DNA of 62,887 nucleotides from a virus (lineage: Duplodnaviria; Caudoviricetes). The notes below the pieces were generated by a model. The model was not told the DNA's origin, did not search any database, and was given only the letters and a program-made list of their open reading frames with translations. The position numbers and the translations under genes are program-made. Of this stretch, positions 49,168 to 57,763 are shown one piece after another (the first letter of the stretch is position 1; each line of letters begins with the position of its first letter). The DNA is taken from positions 1 to 62,887 of IMG/VR virus record IMGVR_UViG_3300032006_002789. The stretch is one strand, 5' to 3'.

Positions 49168-50150
49168 AAACATTAAAGTATTCTGACATTTGCCTTACCC
49201 CAGCTTATGGGATTTGCGAGTCAAGGTCAGATGTGTCAACATTTGTCACATTCGGGCCTCAACAATTTCGCCTACCCGTAGTTCCAGCAAACATGAAGGC
49301 AGTGATTAGCGAGGACATTGCTCAATGGATGAGCGAGGCTCGTTATTTTTATATCATGCATAGATTTGATATAGATATACTTAAGTTTGTGCAACGAGCA
49401 AATGATGAAGATTGGCAGACAATCTCCATTAGTGTGGGAGTGAAAGATGAAGATCTTAATTTTTTAATCAAAGCAAGCTCACTAAAACTAAGAATAGATT
49501 ATATTACCATCGATATTGCGCATGGACACTCTTCCAACATGAAGAAGGCGATTGAAAAGGTAAGGAGATGCTATCCAAATACATACCTGATCGCAGGGAA
49601 TGTTGCAACGAGAGCAGCGGTAAGCAATCTAAATTCATGGGGAGCGGACTGCGTTAAGGTTGGAATAGGTCAGGGCTCTCCATGCACGACAAAAGATAAA
49701 ACTGGATTTACTATGCCAATGTTTTCTTGCACTATGAACTGCGCCTCTACAGTACAAAGCGGTCCAGATTGGTTTGATAGCTCGGGAGATTATAAAAAAA
49801 TACCAATCATTGCTGACGGAGGAGTTGCTTGTAATGGGGATATAGCAAAGGCATTGGTTGCTGGAGCAAAAATGGTAATGGCAGGAGGATTGTTCGCGAA
49901 ATGCTCAGACAGTCCAGCAGAAACAATTAAAATGGAGGGGCAAGTATATAAAGCCTATTTTGGATCAGCGAGTGAGCAAAATAAAGGCCACAACAACCAC
50001 ATAGAAGGAACCCTTAAGAATCTTTCTTCAAGTGGAATGAGCTATAAAACAAAACTTCTTGAAATAGGACAAGACCTTCAGTCTGCAATTAGCTATGCAG
50101 GAGGAATGAAAATAGAGGATCTAAAAGGGACAAAATATGAGCTCTGTTGA
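49164..50150 (+). CDS. guaC: GMP reductase
   Basis: Y.DI.L.P...SRS, LPVVPANM, YFYIMHRF, IDIAHGHS, AGNVAT, KVGIGQGSPCTT, IIADGG, YFGSAS, LQSAISYAG: short (no CBS) GMP reductase. Confidence 0.93.
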   Translation: MKTLKYSDICLTPAYGICESRSDVSTFVTFGPQQFRLPVVPANMKAVISEDIAQWMSEARYFYIMHRFDIDILKFVQRANDEDWQTISISVGVKDEDLNFLIKASSLKLRIDYITIDIAHGHSSNMKKAIEKVRRCYPNTYLIAGNVATRAAVSNLNSWGADCVKVGIGQGSPCTTKDKTGFTMPMFSCTMNCASTVQSGPDWFDSSGDYKKIPIIADGGVACNGDIAKALVAGAKMVMAGGLFAKCSDSPAETIKMEGQVYKAYFGSASEQNKGHNNHIEGTLKNLSSSGMSYKTKLLEIGQDLQSAISYAGGMKIEDLKGTKYELC

Positions 50151-50625
50151 TATTGTCTACGCAAATGCCAATCATGAGGATGACATCAAAGAAATGCTCG
50201 GCCTATTTTTTGAGACAGATTTTGCATCAGTATCTTATTTAAATACCCAACACAATGTAGATCAATACTATACACACGTAATCCTCCCACTAATAATGAG
50301 AGGGGACCCTGTTCTTCTTGCCATAAAAGACGGGGAAGCAGTAGGGCTTAACTGTTTAAGCACAGAGTTGAACGAGCATTACGACTTAAAATACAAGACC
50401 ATACATGGAATCATGACATTTATAAAAGAGGGATACAGGCGAAAAGGAATAGCCATGAGCATGAAGCAGTATTTATTTAAATGGGTCAAAAGAATGGGGT
50501 ACGAACGAGCGATAGGAGAGTGGGTTGGAGATAATGTTGCGAGCCATGCCCATTCAGATGCAGCAGTAAAAGAGTTTAATGCAACCATAGATAGAAAGTC
50601 AACACAATATGTCGTTAAGTTGTAA
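50137..50625 (+). CDS. GNAT-family N-acyltransferase
   Basis: Acetyl-CoA binding motif FIKEGYRRKGIA; 162 aa. Confidence 0.85.
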   Translation: MSSVDIVYANANHEDDIKEMLGLFFETDFASVSYLNTQHNVDQYYTHVILPLIMRGDPVLLAIKDGEAVGLNCLSTELNEHYDLKYKTIHGIMTFIKEGYRRKGIAMSMKQYLFKWVKRMGYERAIGEWVGDNVASHAHSDAAVKEFNATIDRKSTQYVVKL

Positions 50626-51265
50626 TAGTTTTTTTTCTGAAGTTTATAAAGATCTTACAGGAAATGATTCAAACAAAAATATAGATCATTTTTTAAATGA
50701 GCTATGCAAACTTTTTGTTCGATTTGAAGCGAACGATGTAGAGCCTCCAAGCTCTTGTGTTTTAGCGATGACAGCGAATTGCGGCGCCACATTTGCGCAG
50801 TCCGCATCCTCTGCATTAAACTGCGTGACAGATAAGCACTTGTTGTTTTCCCGTATTTCAGACTTTATCGAGGACAATTGGAAGAAAGACCCCAAGCTTG
50901 TTGCAGAGACTTCTCGAATAAAAGGCAAGAAAATTCCAGGCTTTGGACACCCTTCAATAAAGGGAGAGGACGAAAGAGTTTTAAAAATTATTTCACTTGC
51001 CAAGGAACTAAAATTTGATTGCCCAAGACTTTTGTTTGTCGAGCAATTAAGTTTAGAATTAAAACCTTATCTTAACGTAGGGGGCGCAACATCAGCGGCA
51101 CTCTTGGATTTAGGATTCAACAGGGACAATGTTGTTTATTTTCCCATCATCTCTCGCATGTTTGGGTGGCTCAAAATATATCTTGCCCTAGATAAACAAA
51201 AAGACTCACTACTTCCATCAGATATTTTCATTGAAAAATACAAAGAAATATTCAGTAAAAAGTAA
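50609..51265 (+). CDS. Citrate synthase / citryl-CoA lyase-like protein, degenerate active site
   Basis: KIPGFGHP...EDER, LNVGGA..A.LLDLGF, F.ISRMFGW; canonical NVD is NVG and DHG is NDV. Confidence 0.75.
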   Translation: MSLSCNSFFSEVYKDLTGNDSNKNIDHFLNELCKLFVRFEANDVEPPSSCVLAMTANCGATFAQSASSALNCVTDKHLLFSRISDFIEDNWKKDPKLVAETSRIKGKKIPGFGHPSIKGEDERVLKIISLAKELKFDCPRLLFVEQLSLELKPYLNVGGATSAALLDLGFNRDNVVYFPIISRMFGWLKIYLALDKQKDSLLPSDIFIEKYKEIFSKK

Positions 51266-52001
51266 TTTACTCACGCTCTTTCAAAATGAAGAGCTTCAAT
51301 ATTTTTTAGGCTCAAGAGATAGACTTAAAGAATCCTCAACATGTCTGACGGGCTGGGGAGTTGACTATAATAAAAGTGAAGTAACTTCCCTTAAGGTTTA
51401 TCATAAGATTTTTGATAAAGACCTCAGAAATATTTCCTTTTTTACTCGGTGGTTTTTTAAGGATTTTATACATGGGAGAGACGTGCTCAACTCCAGCATT
51501 CATAATGCAAGCAAATCGCTTTTAACCTCAAAAGGCGGGCTTGGAGGAATTAATTTTGCAATAAAGGTCCCCTTTTACTCAAAGCCAACTAAGGCATTCT
51601 ATATTAAACAAAAAAAAGGAGAGGTTAAAGTAATAAATTTTAAGAAAGGCCCTCTTGAACAAAGAAAATATAATTATTTATTTAATAAAATACTCATAAA
51701 GCTTTTAGCTTGGAGGTATGACTTAAATCTTCCTGACACTCAACACGGAATAGAATATTCCATAAGAGAGGGGAAGCTCTTTGCGTCGGTTTACCCAAAC
51801 TATAAGCTGCAAAAAGATTCTCTTTTTAGTTTTCTACAGGACATTTATTGGCAACTATCTCAGCATGACCCGTGGCCGATAGAAAATGAAATTGTAAAAG
51901 CAATAGCCAGCATGTTTCCCCCAAACATCCCAATAACAAAAGGGTATATCTCTGGAGACAATGAAAGAAAAATATTTTTTGGCGCAATAGAGGATGTTTA
52001 A
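51231..52001 (+). CDS. Hypothetical protein (beta-rich, basic)
   Basis: 256-aa ORF overlapping the previous gene; start uncertain (TTG). Confidence 0.7.
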   Translation: MKNTKKYSVKSNLLTLFQNEELQYFLGSRDRLKESSTCLTGWGVDYNKSEVTSLKVYHKIFDKDLRNISFFTRWFFKDFIHGRDVLNSSIHNASKSLLTSKGGLGGINFAIKVPFYSKPTKAFYIKQKKGEVKVINFKKGPLEQRKYNYLFNKILIKLLAWRYDLNLPDTQHGIEYSIREGKLFASVYPNYKLQKDSLFSFLQDIYWQLSQHDPWPIENEIVKAIASMFPPNIPITKGYISGDNERKIFFGAIEDV

Positions 52002-52067
52002 AATTACCATTCCCTAGAAATGAAAAAAAATTTTCGAGAAAAAGTGCAGGACAGTGGACGATATACG

Positions 52068-52379
52068 CTAGGCTCTGAGATCGTTCAAGCGAGAGAGTAC
52101 CATATTTAAATTTTCAGGAACAAGCTTATCTATAATTAGATTCGCGCGCGCGAGGCCGATCCTAAAGCCAACAACCTCTTCGTCCAGCGAAACTATTTCT
52201 TCTACAAAATCAAGCGCGCCATATCTCTTAAGCCATTGATAATAAATATCTTTAGATGAGCGTTCGCATTCAACGAGTACTTCTTTTTTAATAAAAATGC
52301 TTACATACATAGAAGTGTCCCTAAAAGAGTGAACCCAACTTGGAGGCTCAGTTAATCTCGCATCAACAATTATAGGCAT
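52068..52379 (-). CDS. Hypothetical protein
   Basis: 103 aa; minus-strand GTGTA motif 9 nt before the ATG. Confidence 0.75.
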   Translation of the reverse strand: MPIIVDARLTEPPSWVHSFRDTSMYVSIFIKKEVLVECERSSKDIYYQWLKRYGALDFVEEIVSLDEEVVGFRIGLARANLIIDKLVPENLNMVLSRLNDLRA

Positions 52380-52400
52380 AAAATATTTTACACATTTCTC

Positions 52401-52429
52401 TTGACTTTATCCTCAAGTTATGCTACTAT
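52401..52429 (+). promoter_or_regulatory. Sigma70-type promoter (extended -10)
   Basis: TTGACT-17 nt-(TGc)TACTAT. Confidence 0.75.
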
Positions 52430-52465
52430 ATATCATCATTAAAAATTAAACCCAAGATTATTAAA

Positions 52466-52783
52466 ATGTCAGAAACAAATACAGAAAAACAAAACGAATG
52501 GAAGAGCAGAGAGCTTGGAGCCCTTTGGATTAAAGAGGGTCGCAATCAAAAGTTCCTCTCTGGCCATGTAACACTAGAAGACATGCCTGGAGTAACCAGT
52601 AAGGTTAAGGTTGTTGTGTTCTCGAACAAAGGGAAGACTGAAAATGAGCGCGCGCCAGATTATGTAATCTATCGTTCCGTTGATTTGGATTCGGCAGAAT
52701 CTACTGAAACCTCAGCATCAACCGAAGCTTCTACAGAGACGACGGAGGCTTCTGATGAGGAAATTCCAGCATCTCTAGTGTAA
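52466..52783 (+). CDS. DUF736-like protein with acidic tail (possible ssDNA-binding protein)
   Basis: ELGALW.K...KFLSG...VVFSN..K..ERAPDYVI followed by an E/S/T-rich acidic C-terminus. Confidence 0.65.
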   Translation: MSETNTEKQNEWKSRELGALWIKEGRNQKFLSGHVTLEDMPGVTSKVKVVVFSNKGKTENERAPDYVIYRSVDLDSAESTETSASTEASTETTEASDEEIPASLV

Positions 52784-52803
52784 ACAATTATGTTCTTTGA
52801 AAT

Positions 52804-53167
52804 GGGGGCGTCACGGAATCGATTGGCGTTCTATAATATAGTCGCAAGTCGGAGATGTGTCTGGCTCCGTAATCAAGACGCAAAAGCTAAAAATGGCGAA
52901 AGTTATGATAGCACTGAGATTCTTTCTTTCGAGGAAGATCTCGCAATGGCAGCTTAAAGTTGTCTCCTCTTCTCTTCTGACGCAGATAGGATAAGATAGA
53001 GGCCACCATCTGCAAAACAGAAAAGGTTTACTTGTTCATAAACTGTAAATAATTGTAACAAGAAGTTAGATGTTAATATCAACAACTTAAAAGGAAATTA
53101 ACTAAACTCGTAGAAGCTATATTAGAAAACGAACAAGACGCGGGTTCAACTCCCGCCGCCTCCACCA
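52804..53167 (+). ncRNA. ssrA: tmRNA (transfer-messenger RNA)
   Basis: 5' GGGGGCG pairs with 3' CGCCTCC-A-CCA giving the G3-U70 alanyl identity; T-arm GCGGG-TTCAACT-CCCGC; tag ORF 52895-52957 (A)GESYDSTEILSFEEDLAMAA-stop. Confidence 0.95.
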
Positions 53168-53170
53168 TTT

Positions 53171-53482
53171 ATGTTTAAAAAAATAAAATCATTCTTTTCT
53201 AAGAAAGATAAAATCAAGAATGATCTTGATGATGTAAACAATATCCAAAGAACAATAGGGGATTTTGTAACCCCTCTTTTAGAGAAATATGCAAGACATA
53301 AAAGGGAAAAACCATCTGAAATTTCAGAAGAAGACTGGAGACACATAATGGAGTGCATTCAGTTCTCTTTTTCTTCGCTTCAAAACGATAAAAGTTATTT
53401 TAACAAAAAGAAAGAAGTTAAACATAAAAAAAAGATTAAAAAAGGTTTAATTCTTTTCGCTCACCACATAGACAAATTCTAA
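53171..53482 (+). CDS. Hypothetical protein
   Basis: 103-aa Lys-rich ORF right after the tmRNA. Confidence 0.7.
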   Translation: MFKKIKSFFSKKDKIKNDLDDVNNIQRTIGDFVTPLLEKYARHKREKPSEISEEDWRHIMECIQFSFSSLQNDKSYFNKKKEVKHKKKIKKGLILFAHHIDKF

Positions 53483-53502
53483 ATATAAGTGTACGAAACA
53501 TT

Positions 53503-53715
53503 ATGTGCATGTACAAAATTCAATACGAAATACATGACGGCGACAAAAAAGTTGAACACTCTAGGTATTACCATGCAGTTAATCAAGACACAGCAAAAGA
53601 AATGCTGGAAGAGACCTGGAGAGAGGGGTCGCTAGTAGGATACCCTCATCCAGAGATTACTGAAATATCTGAAGTAAAGTCTTTTCGCAAAAAAGAAAAA
53701 CAAGAACAACTTTAA
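53503..53715 (+). CDS. Hypothetical protein
   Basis: GTGTA 9 nt upstream; RYYHAVNQDTAKE resembles RYFNAFTAEEAL in 61540..61767. Confidence 0.75.
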   Translation: MCMYKIQYEIHDGDKKVEHSRYYHAVNQDTAKEMLEETWREGSLVGYPHPEITEISEVKSFRKKEKQEQL

Positions 53716-53743
53716 ATCTCCGTACAATTTTTCAACTAACGTC

Positions 53744-53771
53744 TTGATTTTAAAGAGTTAAGACATACTAT
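53744..53771 (+). promoter_or_regulatory. Possible sigma70-type promoter
   Basis: TTGATT-16 nt-TACTAT upstream of 53788. Confidence 0.45.
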
Positions 53772-53787
53772 TATACATCACTAAATT

Positions 53788-54039
53788 ATGAAAGAAGAAA
53801 ATAAAGAAAAAGCAACAGTAGCAATCGCAAACTCGATTCTTGGGCAAATTACCCTCTCGGACGTTTTACAACTTGTTCAAGGAAACGTACTTCAGCAGGC
53901 AAAAACCCATGTTGAGGAAATGGGAGACGAAGAGCTAGAGAATCTGATCAGTAAGCTCGAGACTGAAGGAGGGGAGCCTCAAGAAGAGTCTCAAGCAGAA
54001 GCTGAAGAAAGCCTTCAGGCTGTAAGTGATGAAGAGTAA
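53788..54039 (+). CDS. Hypothetical acidic protein
   Basis: 83 aa, Glu-rich C-terminus. Confidence 0.75.
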   Translation: MKEENKEKATVAIANSILGQITLSDVLQLVQGNVLQQAKTHVEEMGDEELENLISKLETEGGEPQEESQAEAEESLQAVSDEE

Positions 54040-54226
54040 GAAAAAAACAAAGGAAGTCTACGTCGTTACGAGAAACGGTAGGCGCGTAGAGCAAGAGAAT
54101 TATTTCAGCGAGGGGGCAGCGAAAGAAAGAGCTACCACCCTTAGAAAAGTATTGAAAAAGTGGAACGATTCAGACGCGACAAAGGTAGAGATCGTCCGCA
54201 CGACGCAACCTTATAAAGTATGGTAG
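54029..54226 (+). CDS. Hypothetical basic protein
   Basis: Coupled ORF overlapping both neighbours. Confidence 0.75.
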   Translation: MKSKKKTKEVYVVTRNGRRVEQENYFSEGAAKERATTLRKVLKKWNDSDATKVEIVRTTQPYKVW

Positions 54227-54714
54227 ACGGTGACAATGTATTTAATGAATTAGCAAAATTAAGAAAATATAAAATCCTTAAAGTCACCAAGGAAGATAGA
54301 AAAAAATTTATCAGTCATAGACTTAAAGGAATCTCCGCAACGGGGAAAGAAGTAACCTTCACGATTTTCTTACGAAAGCAATTCAAGCCCTCGAAGTATT
54401 CTGATAATTGGACGTGGGTTGAATTTTGGAACAGAAGGCCGAGAGGCTCTGATCCAGGGAGAGTTGGTTGGATTTACGGAAAGGCTCATTTTATCGCATT
54501 TGAAACAACTAAATCATTCATAATAGTTTCGTCAAAAACCTTAATGAAATTTTTAAATACTTCTGGAAAAGTAAGATACGATCTCCCCTATGTTCATGAG
54601 CCAAAGTATGCACGATATAAAGTATTAAGAGATAAAAAAGGAAGGGAATCTACTCAAATAAACTTTAGGGACGTTAAAAAGCTAGAAGGAGTAAAAATAT
54701 GGGACAAAGAGTGA
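54220..54714 (+). CDS. PD-(D/E)XK-fold nuclease-like protein, apparently lacking catalytic residues
   Basis: WTWVEFWN...GWIYGKAHFIAFET block of a phage endonuclease-like family; related to 58194..58778. Confidence 0.55.
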   Translation: MVDGDNVFNELAKLRKYKILKVTKEDRKKFISHRLKGISATGKEVTFTIFLRKQFKPSKYSDNWTWVEFWNRRPRGSDPGRVGWIYGKAHFIAFETTKSFIIVSSKTLMKFLNTSGKVRYDLPYVHEPKYARYKVLRDKKGRESTQINFRDVKKLEGVKIWDKE

Positions 54715-54715
54715 A

Positions 54716-54886
54716 ATGGCAGAATCTTTAAATATAATTTTTTCCAGCTTTTGGACATGGGGAGGAACAATTGTTTTAATACTTGCGTTTGGAAATGCTT
54801 TAGCGCTACCGTTTTATTGGTATTATAGATTAAAACAGCAACAATTAACCAAAAGTTATTGGGAATTAACTGGAAAATATAATTAA
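54716..54886 (+). CDS. Small membrane protein (56 aa), not in the ORF track
   Basis: MAESLNIIFSSFWTWGGTIVLILAFGNALALPFYWYYRLKQQQLTKSYWELTGKYN; fills the gap and is TAATG-coupled to the next gene. Confidence 0.7.
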   Translation: MAESLNIIFSSFWTWGGTIVLILAFGNALALPFYWYYRLKQQQLTKSYWELTGKYN

Positions 54887-55356
54887 TGGCATCTCAAGAA
54901 GATTTAGATCGGGCGTACATGGACATGGCGCTAAGGTGGTCAGAATTGTCTTACGCAAAGAGAAAAAAGGTTGGATGTTTAATTGTAAAAAATGGAGCGA
55001 TTATTTCGGATGGATACAATGGAATGCCTAGTGGATTTACAAATAACTGCGAAACAATCAAATCAAGCGACAGGCCAATAGTAGTTGACGATGAAGGCAA
55101 CCTAGTAGAAGGAACATATGAATTAATAACTAAACCCGAGGTCTTGCATGCGGAAAGTAATGCAATAACAAAATTAGCAAAATCAACACAATCCAGTATA
55201 AATTCAACAATGTATATAACAATATCACCCTGCGTGGACTGTGCAAAACTCATAATTCAATCGGGAATTTCAAGAGTCGCATACAGGGAATTATATAGAG
55301 ATAAAAAGGGGATAAATTTATTAGAAATGGCAAACATACAGGTAAATCAAATATGA
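54886..55356 (+). CDS. dCMP deaminase
   Basis: KVGCLIV...GYNG.PSG, HAESNAI, SPCVDC zinc motifs. Confidence 0.95.
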   Translation: MASQEDLDRAYMDMALRWSELSYAKRKKVGCLIVKNGAIISDGYNGMPSGFTNNCETIKSSDRPIVVDDEGNLVEGTYELITKPEVLHAESNAITKLAKSTQSSINSTMYITISPCVDCAKLIIQSGISRVAYRELYRDKKGINLLEMANIQVNQI

Positions 55357-55523
55357 AAGAATTAATTAGATCAATTATTGAAAGGTACGGGAAACTAAAT
55401 CCCTCTTTGGATGACGAAGATTTTGTAGAAATGCTGTCTTCAGAAATCGCAGATGAATTAATATCAACAATAAAAGAAACGGAAAAGTTAATTAAAGATG
55501 AAAAACTGCAAGAAAAAGAATGA
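55353..55523 (+). CDS. Small hypothetical protein (56 aa), not in the ORF track
   Basis: MKELIRSIIERYGKLNPSLDDEDFVEMLSSEIADELISTIKETEKLIKDEKLQEKE; ATGA-coupled. Confidence 0.65.
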   Translation: MKELIRSIIERYGKLNPSLDDEDFVEMLSSEIADELISTIKETEKLIKDEKLQEKE

Positions 55524-55740
55524 AGGAAAAGCGGGAACGCAAGCAGTAATTGATTATTGCTTAAACAGATTTTGCCCACCTATAATTATTGCCTTCCTAC
55601 TTTGGAGCAACTTTGAAGCAACAGACTGGGCGCCCTATTTTATTATGGGTCTTGTATTATTTGCGGAAAGGTTTCACTTTAATGTAGGATATTCAGTAGC
55701 GTTTTGCGAGAAACGAGGTTTGATTAAAGATGAAGGTTAG
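55498..55740 (+). CDS. Hypothetical membrane protein
   Basis: Two short hydrophobic segments. Confidence 0.65.
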   Translation: MKNCKKKNEGKAGTQAVIDYCLNRFCPPIIIAFLLWSNFEATDWAPYFIMGLVLFAERFHFNVGYSVAFCEKRGLIKDEG

Positions 55741-55969
55741 AGATTTAATCTCTCACCTTGAAGAAATAAACCCTAATTTAGAGGTCTGCTGTTGCGATAC
55801 CAATGGCGACGTTGAACCCATTAGTGGCGCCCTAGACAGAGAGAAGATAGCTTATCTAGTCAGGGAGCCAAAACCGTGGAACGGAGGAGAAGATTACTAT
55901 GAGTATTGGACTCTTCATCCAGCAGACCTTGAGATTTTAGAAAAAAGGGAAGTGTTTATTGTATGGTAG
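55730..55969 (+). CDS. Hypothetical protein
   Basis: MKVRDLISHLEEINPNLEV: a common small phage protein N-terminus. Confidence 0.75.
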   Translation: MKVRDLISHLEEINPNLEVCCCDTNGDVEPISGALDREKIAYLVREPKPWNGGEDYYEYWTLHPADLEILEKREVFIVW

Positions 55970-56325
55970 AAATTTCATTACTTAGTTTTATTATAACAGT
56001 AATACTAATTCTCTTTCTGCGAGAATCTCATTTAAGAAAAGCTTCTCAACAGAAATACAAAAAACTCCTCTCACAAAAGAAAAGCAGTGAAACTAGAATT
56101 GGACATATATCAGAAACGATAGCTCCATTTTTAAATCAATTCGAATTCAACCCAGAGGATTGCAGTTTCCTAGGTAAACCTATAGATTATATAGCATTTG
56201 AAGAAAAAGGGATAACGATCATAGAAGTAAAGAGCGGCAAGGCACGACTGACAAAAAAACAGAGAGAGATTAGGGACTTAATAAAAGATGGAAAAGTATA
56301 CTGGAAAGAAATCAGAATTGAATAA
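55963..56325 (+). CDS. Holliday-junction-resolvase-like endonuclease (Endonuc_Holl type) with N-terminal membrane anchor
   Basis: TM helix, then G.ISE.IAPF, FLGKPIDYIAF, IEVKSG..RLTKKQ..IRD.I..G.V.W. Confidence 0.85.
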   Translation: MVEISLLSFIITVILILFLRESHLRKASQQKYKKLLSQKKSSETRIGHISETIAPFLNQFEFNPEDCSFLGKPIDYIAFEEKGITIIEVKSGKARLTKKQREIRDLIKDGKVYWKEIRIE

Positions 56326-56330
56326 TTCAC

Positions 56331-56359
56331 TTGACATTCTTCTTGAGATATAGTATAAT
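56331..56359 (+). promoter_or_regulatory. Consensus sigma70 promoter
   Basis: TTGACA-17 nt-TATAAT, perfect consensus. Confidence 0.9.
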
Positions 56360-56377
56360 TACGACTTTAATTTCATT

Positions 56378-57064
56378 ATGAAAACTAAAACAAAACTAAC
56401 AGCACTTCTTGTTGCCCTGATTTTGGGTGCAGGAGTTTTTAATATTAACGCCGAAGAACCTTCAGCTTTTGGAGGTAAAGTGGGAACTAAATATTCCTCA
56501 GATTACTTTCGAAGGGGAGCAAGTTTCTCAGATGAAGCGATCCAAGCACAGGTAGGGTTTTCTACAAATCTTTCTGGAGTTCAAGTCTTTGGAGATTTTT
56601 TCACAAACCAAAGCACAGCATCGGAAGGTTCTAATACCGATGAGGCAACGGTTGGTCTTGGGTATTCTTTTCTTGAAGACAGGCTTAGTACTTACGTTGG
56701 TGTTTACAACACTGACAATAGTGCGCTTTCTGACTCTACCCTCGAAGGATTCCTTGCGGTATCAGTAAATACGCTTCTAGATCCTACAGTGTTTATTTAT
56801 CAGGATACGGAAGAAAGCCTTCAAACATTTGAAGGGCAATTGAGTCATGAGTTTGATATTAACGTGGCAACGCTTGAACTCGCAGGAGTTCTGGGATCCA
56901 CAGATACTCTAGCGGTAGATAATCAAACATACACAGCGCTAACGACTACAATTTCTCGAAGCTTCAATGAGAGTCTTAATGTTTATGCAGACGTATCATT
57001 ATCTGATACAGATTATCGCTCAAACGAGACGGCTTGGGGAGTTGGCCTAAGCCTAAGATTTTAA
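56378..57064 (+). CDS. Outer-membrane beta-barrel protein (TorF / Gcw_chp-like putative porin)
   Basis: Signal peptide ending INA-E, SSDYFRRG...AIQ motif, alternating beta strands, C-terminal GVGLSLRF (Bam-type terminal Phe). Confidence 0.8.
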   Translation: MKTKTKLTALLVALILGAGVFNINAEEPSAFGGKVGTKYSSDYFRRGASFSDEAIQAQVGFSTNLSGVQVFGDFFTNQSTASEGSNTDEATVGLGYSFLEDRLSTYVGVYNTDNSALSDSTLEGFLAVSVNTLLDPTVFIYQDTEESLQTFEGQLSHEFDINVATLELAGVLGSTDTLAVDNQTYTALTTTISRSFNESLNVYADVSLSDTDYRSNETAWGVGLSLRF

Positions 57065-57085
57065 CCCTAAAACTCAACATAATAT

Positions 57086-57328
57086 ATGAACCAAGTAGTA
57101 GAAACAGTTAGGTCTGCCATCGGTGGGCTATTCACAGTACTAATCTCAATCGTTGGACTTCTTGTGCTCGCACAGGTAGTGTTCGGCGAAGCAGCAGGCA
57201 TGAATGTCATCTCGAACCTGCAAAGCATCGTTAATGGCTTTGTCGGTGAAGGGGCCAGCCTAGCAGGGCTAATTACCCTATTGTTGGTCATTGGACTCCT
57301 GCAAAAACAGGAACAAGCCAAGAAGTAA
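57086..57328 (+). CDS. Small integral membrane protein
   Basis: Hydrophobic helices (LFTVLISIVGLLVLAQVVFG; LAGLITLLLVIGLL) around a VISNLQSIV linker. Confidence 0.85.
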   Translation: MNQVVETVRSAIGGLFTVLISIVGLLVLAQVVFGEAAGMNVISNLQSIVNGFVGEGASLAGLITLLLVIGLLQKQEQAKK

Positions 57329-57348
57329 AATAGACGAGATAGGGATAC

Positions 57349-57386
57349 ATAGGGCGTGCTCGAAAGGGCGCGCCCTATTGTTATTT
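57349..57386 (+). terminator. Stem-loop, probable terminator of the porin cassette
   Basis: ATAGGGCGTGCTC-GAAA-GGGCGCGCCCTAT followed by TGTTATTT. Confidence 0.75.
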
Positions 57387-57418
57387 AAATATTCATTAAA
57401 TCGTGTACTATAATATGA

Positions 57419-57643
57419 ATGGATGACGACTTTCATATTAGTGGTCCAAGAGACTATGATGAACAAACTGATGCCTTTAGGTTTGAGCTTGACGATATAG
57501 TAAATCGATATCTTCAAGAGTTTGATATCAATACTTTTGTAATGATCGGTGCGTTGCAGGAAAAAATAAAAGAATTAATTGATTCAGGAAATTGCGACAT
57601 GGGAGATGAAATGCTAGGAGGAGAAGGAGAGGAGTGGAGTTAA
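57419..57643 (+). CDS. Hypothetical acidic protein
   Basis: 74 aa; GTGTA 11 nt upstream. Confidence 0.75.
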   Translation: MDDDFHISGPRDYDEQTDAFRFELDDIVNRYLQEFDINTFVMIGALQEKIKELIDSGNCDMGDEMLGGEGEEWS

Positions 57644-57649
57644 TATTTT

Positions 57650-57725
57650 GCCACCTTAGCTCAGCTGGTAGAGCACTTCACTTGTAATGAAGATGTCGTC
57701 GGTTCGATCCCGACAGGTGGCTCCA
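57650..57725 (+). tRNA. trnT: tRNA-Thr (anticodon UGU)
   Basis: GCCACCT/AGGTGGC acceptor stem, D-arm GCTC/GAGC, anticodon stem CTTCA/TGAAG with loop CTTGTAA, T-arm GTCGG-TTCGATC-CCGAC, encoded CCA; 76 nt. Confidence 0.97.
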
Positions 57726-57763
57726 ATTTATAGATTTTTTAGAATTAAATAATATCATATAAT

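Noticed and set aside
50609-51265. Bona fide citrate synthase auxiliary metabolic gene
   Set aside because: Only 218 aa, with the catalytic Asp (NVD) and the DHG motif not conserved; kept as citrate-synthase-like only
53146-53358. Minus-strand ORF overlapping the tmRNA 3' end
   Set aside because: Antisense to the tmRNA and to 53171..53482; no support
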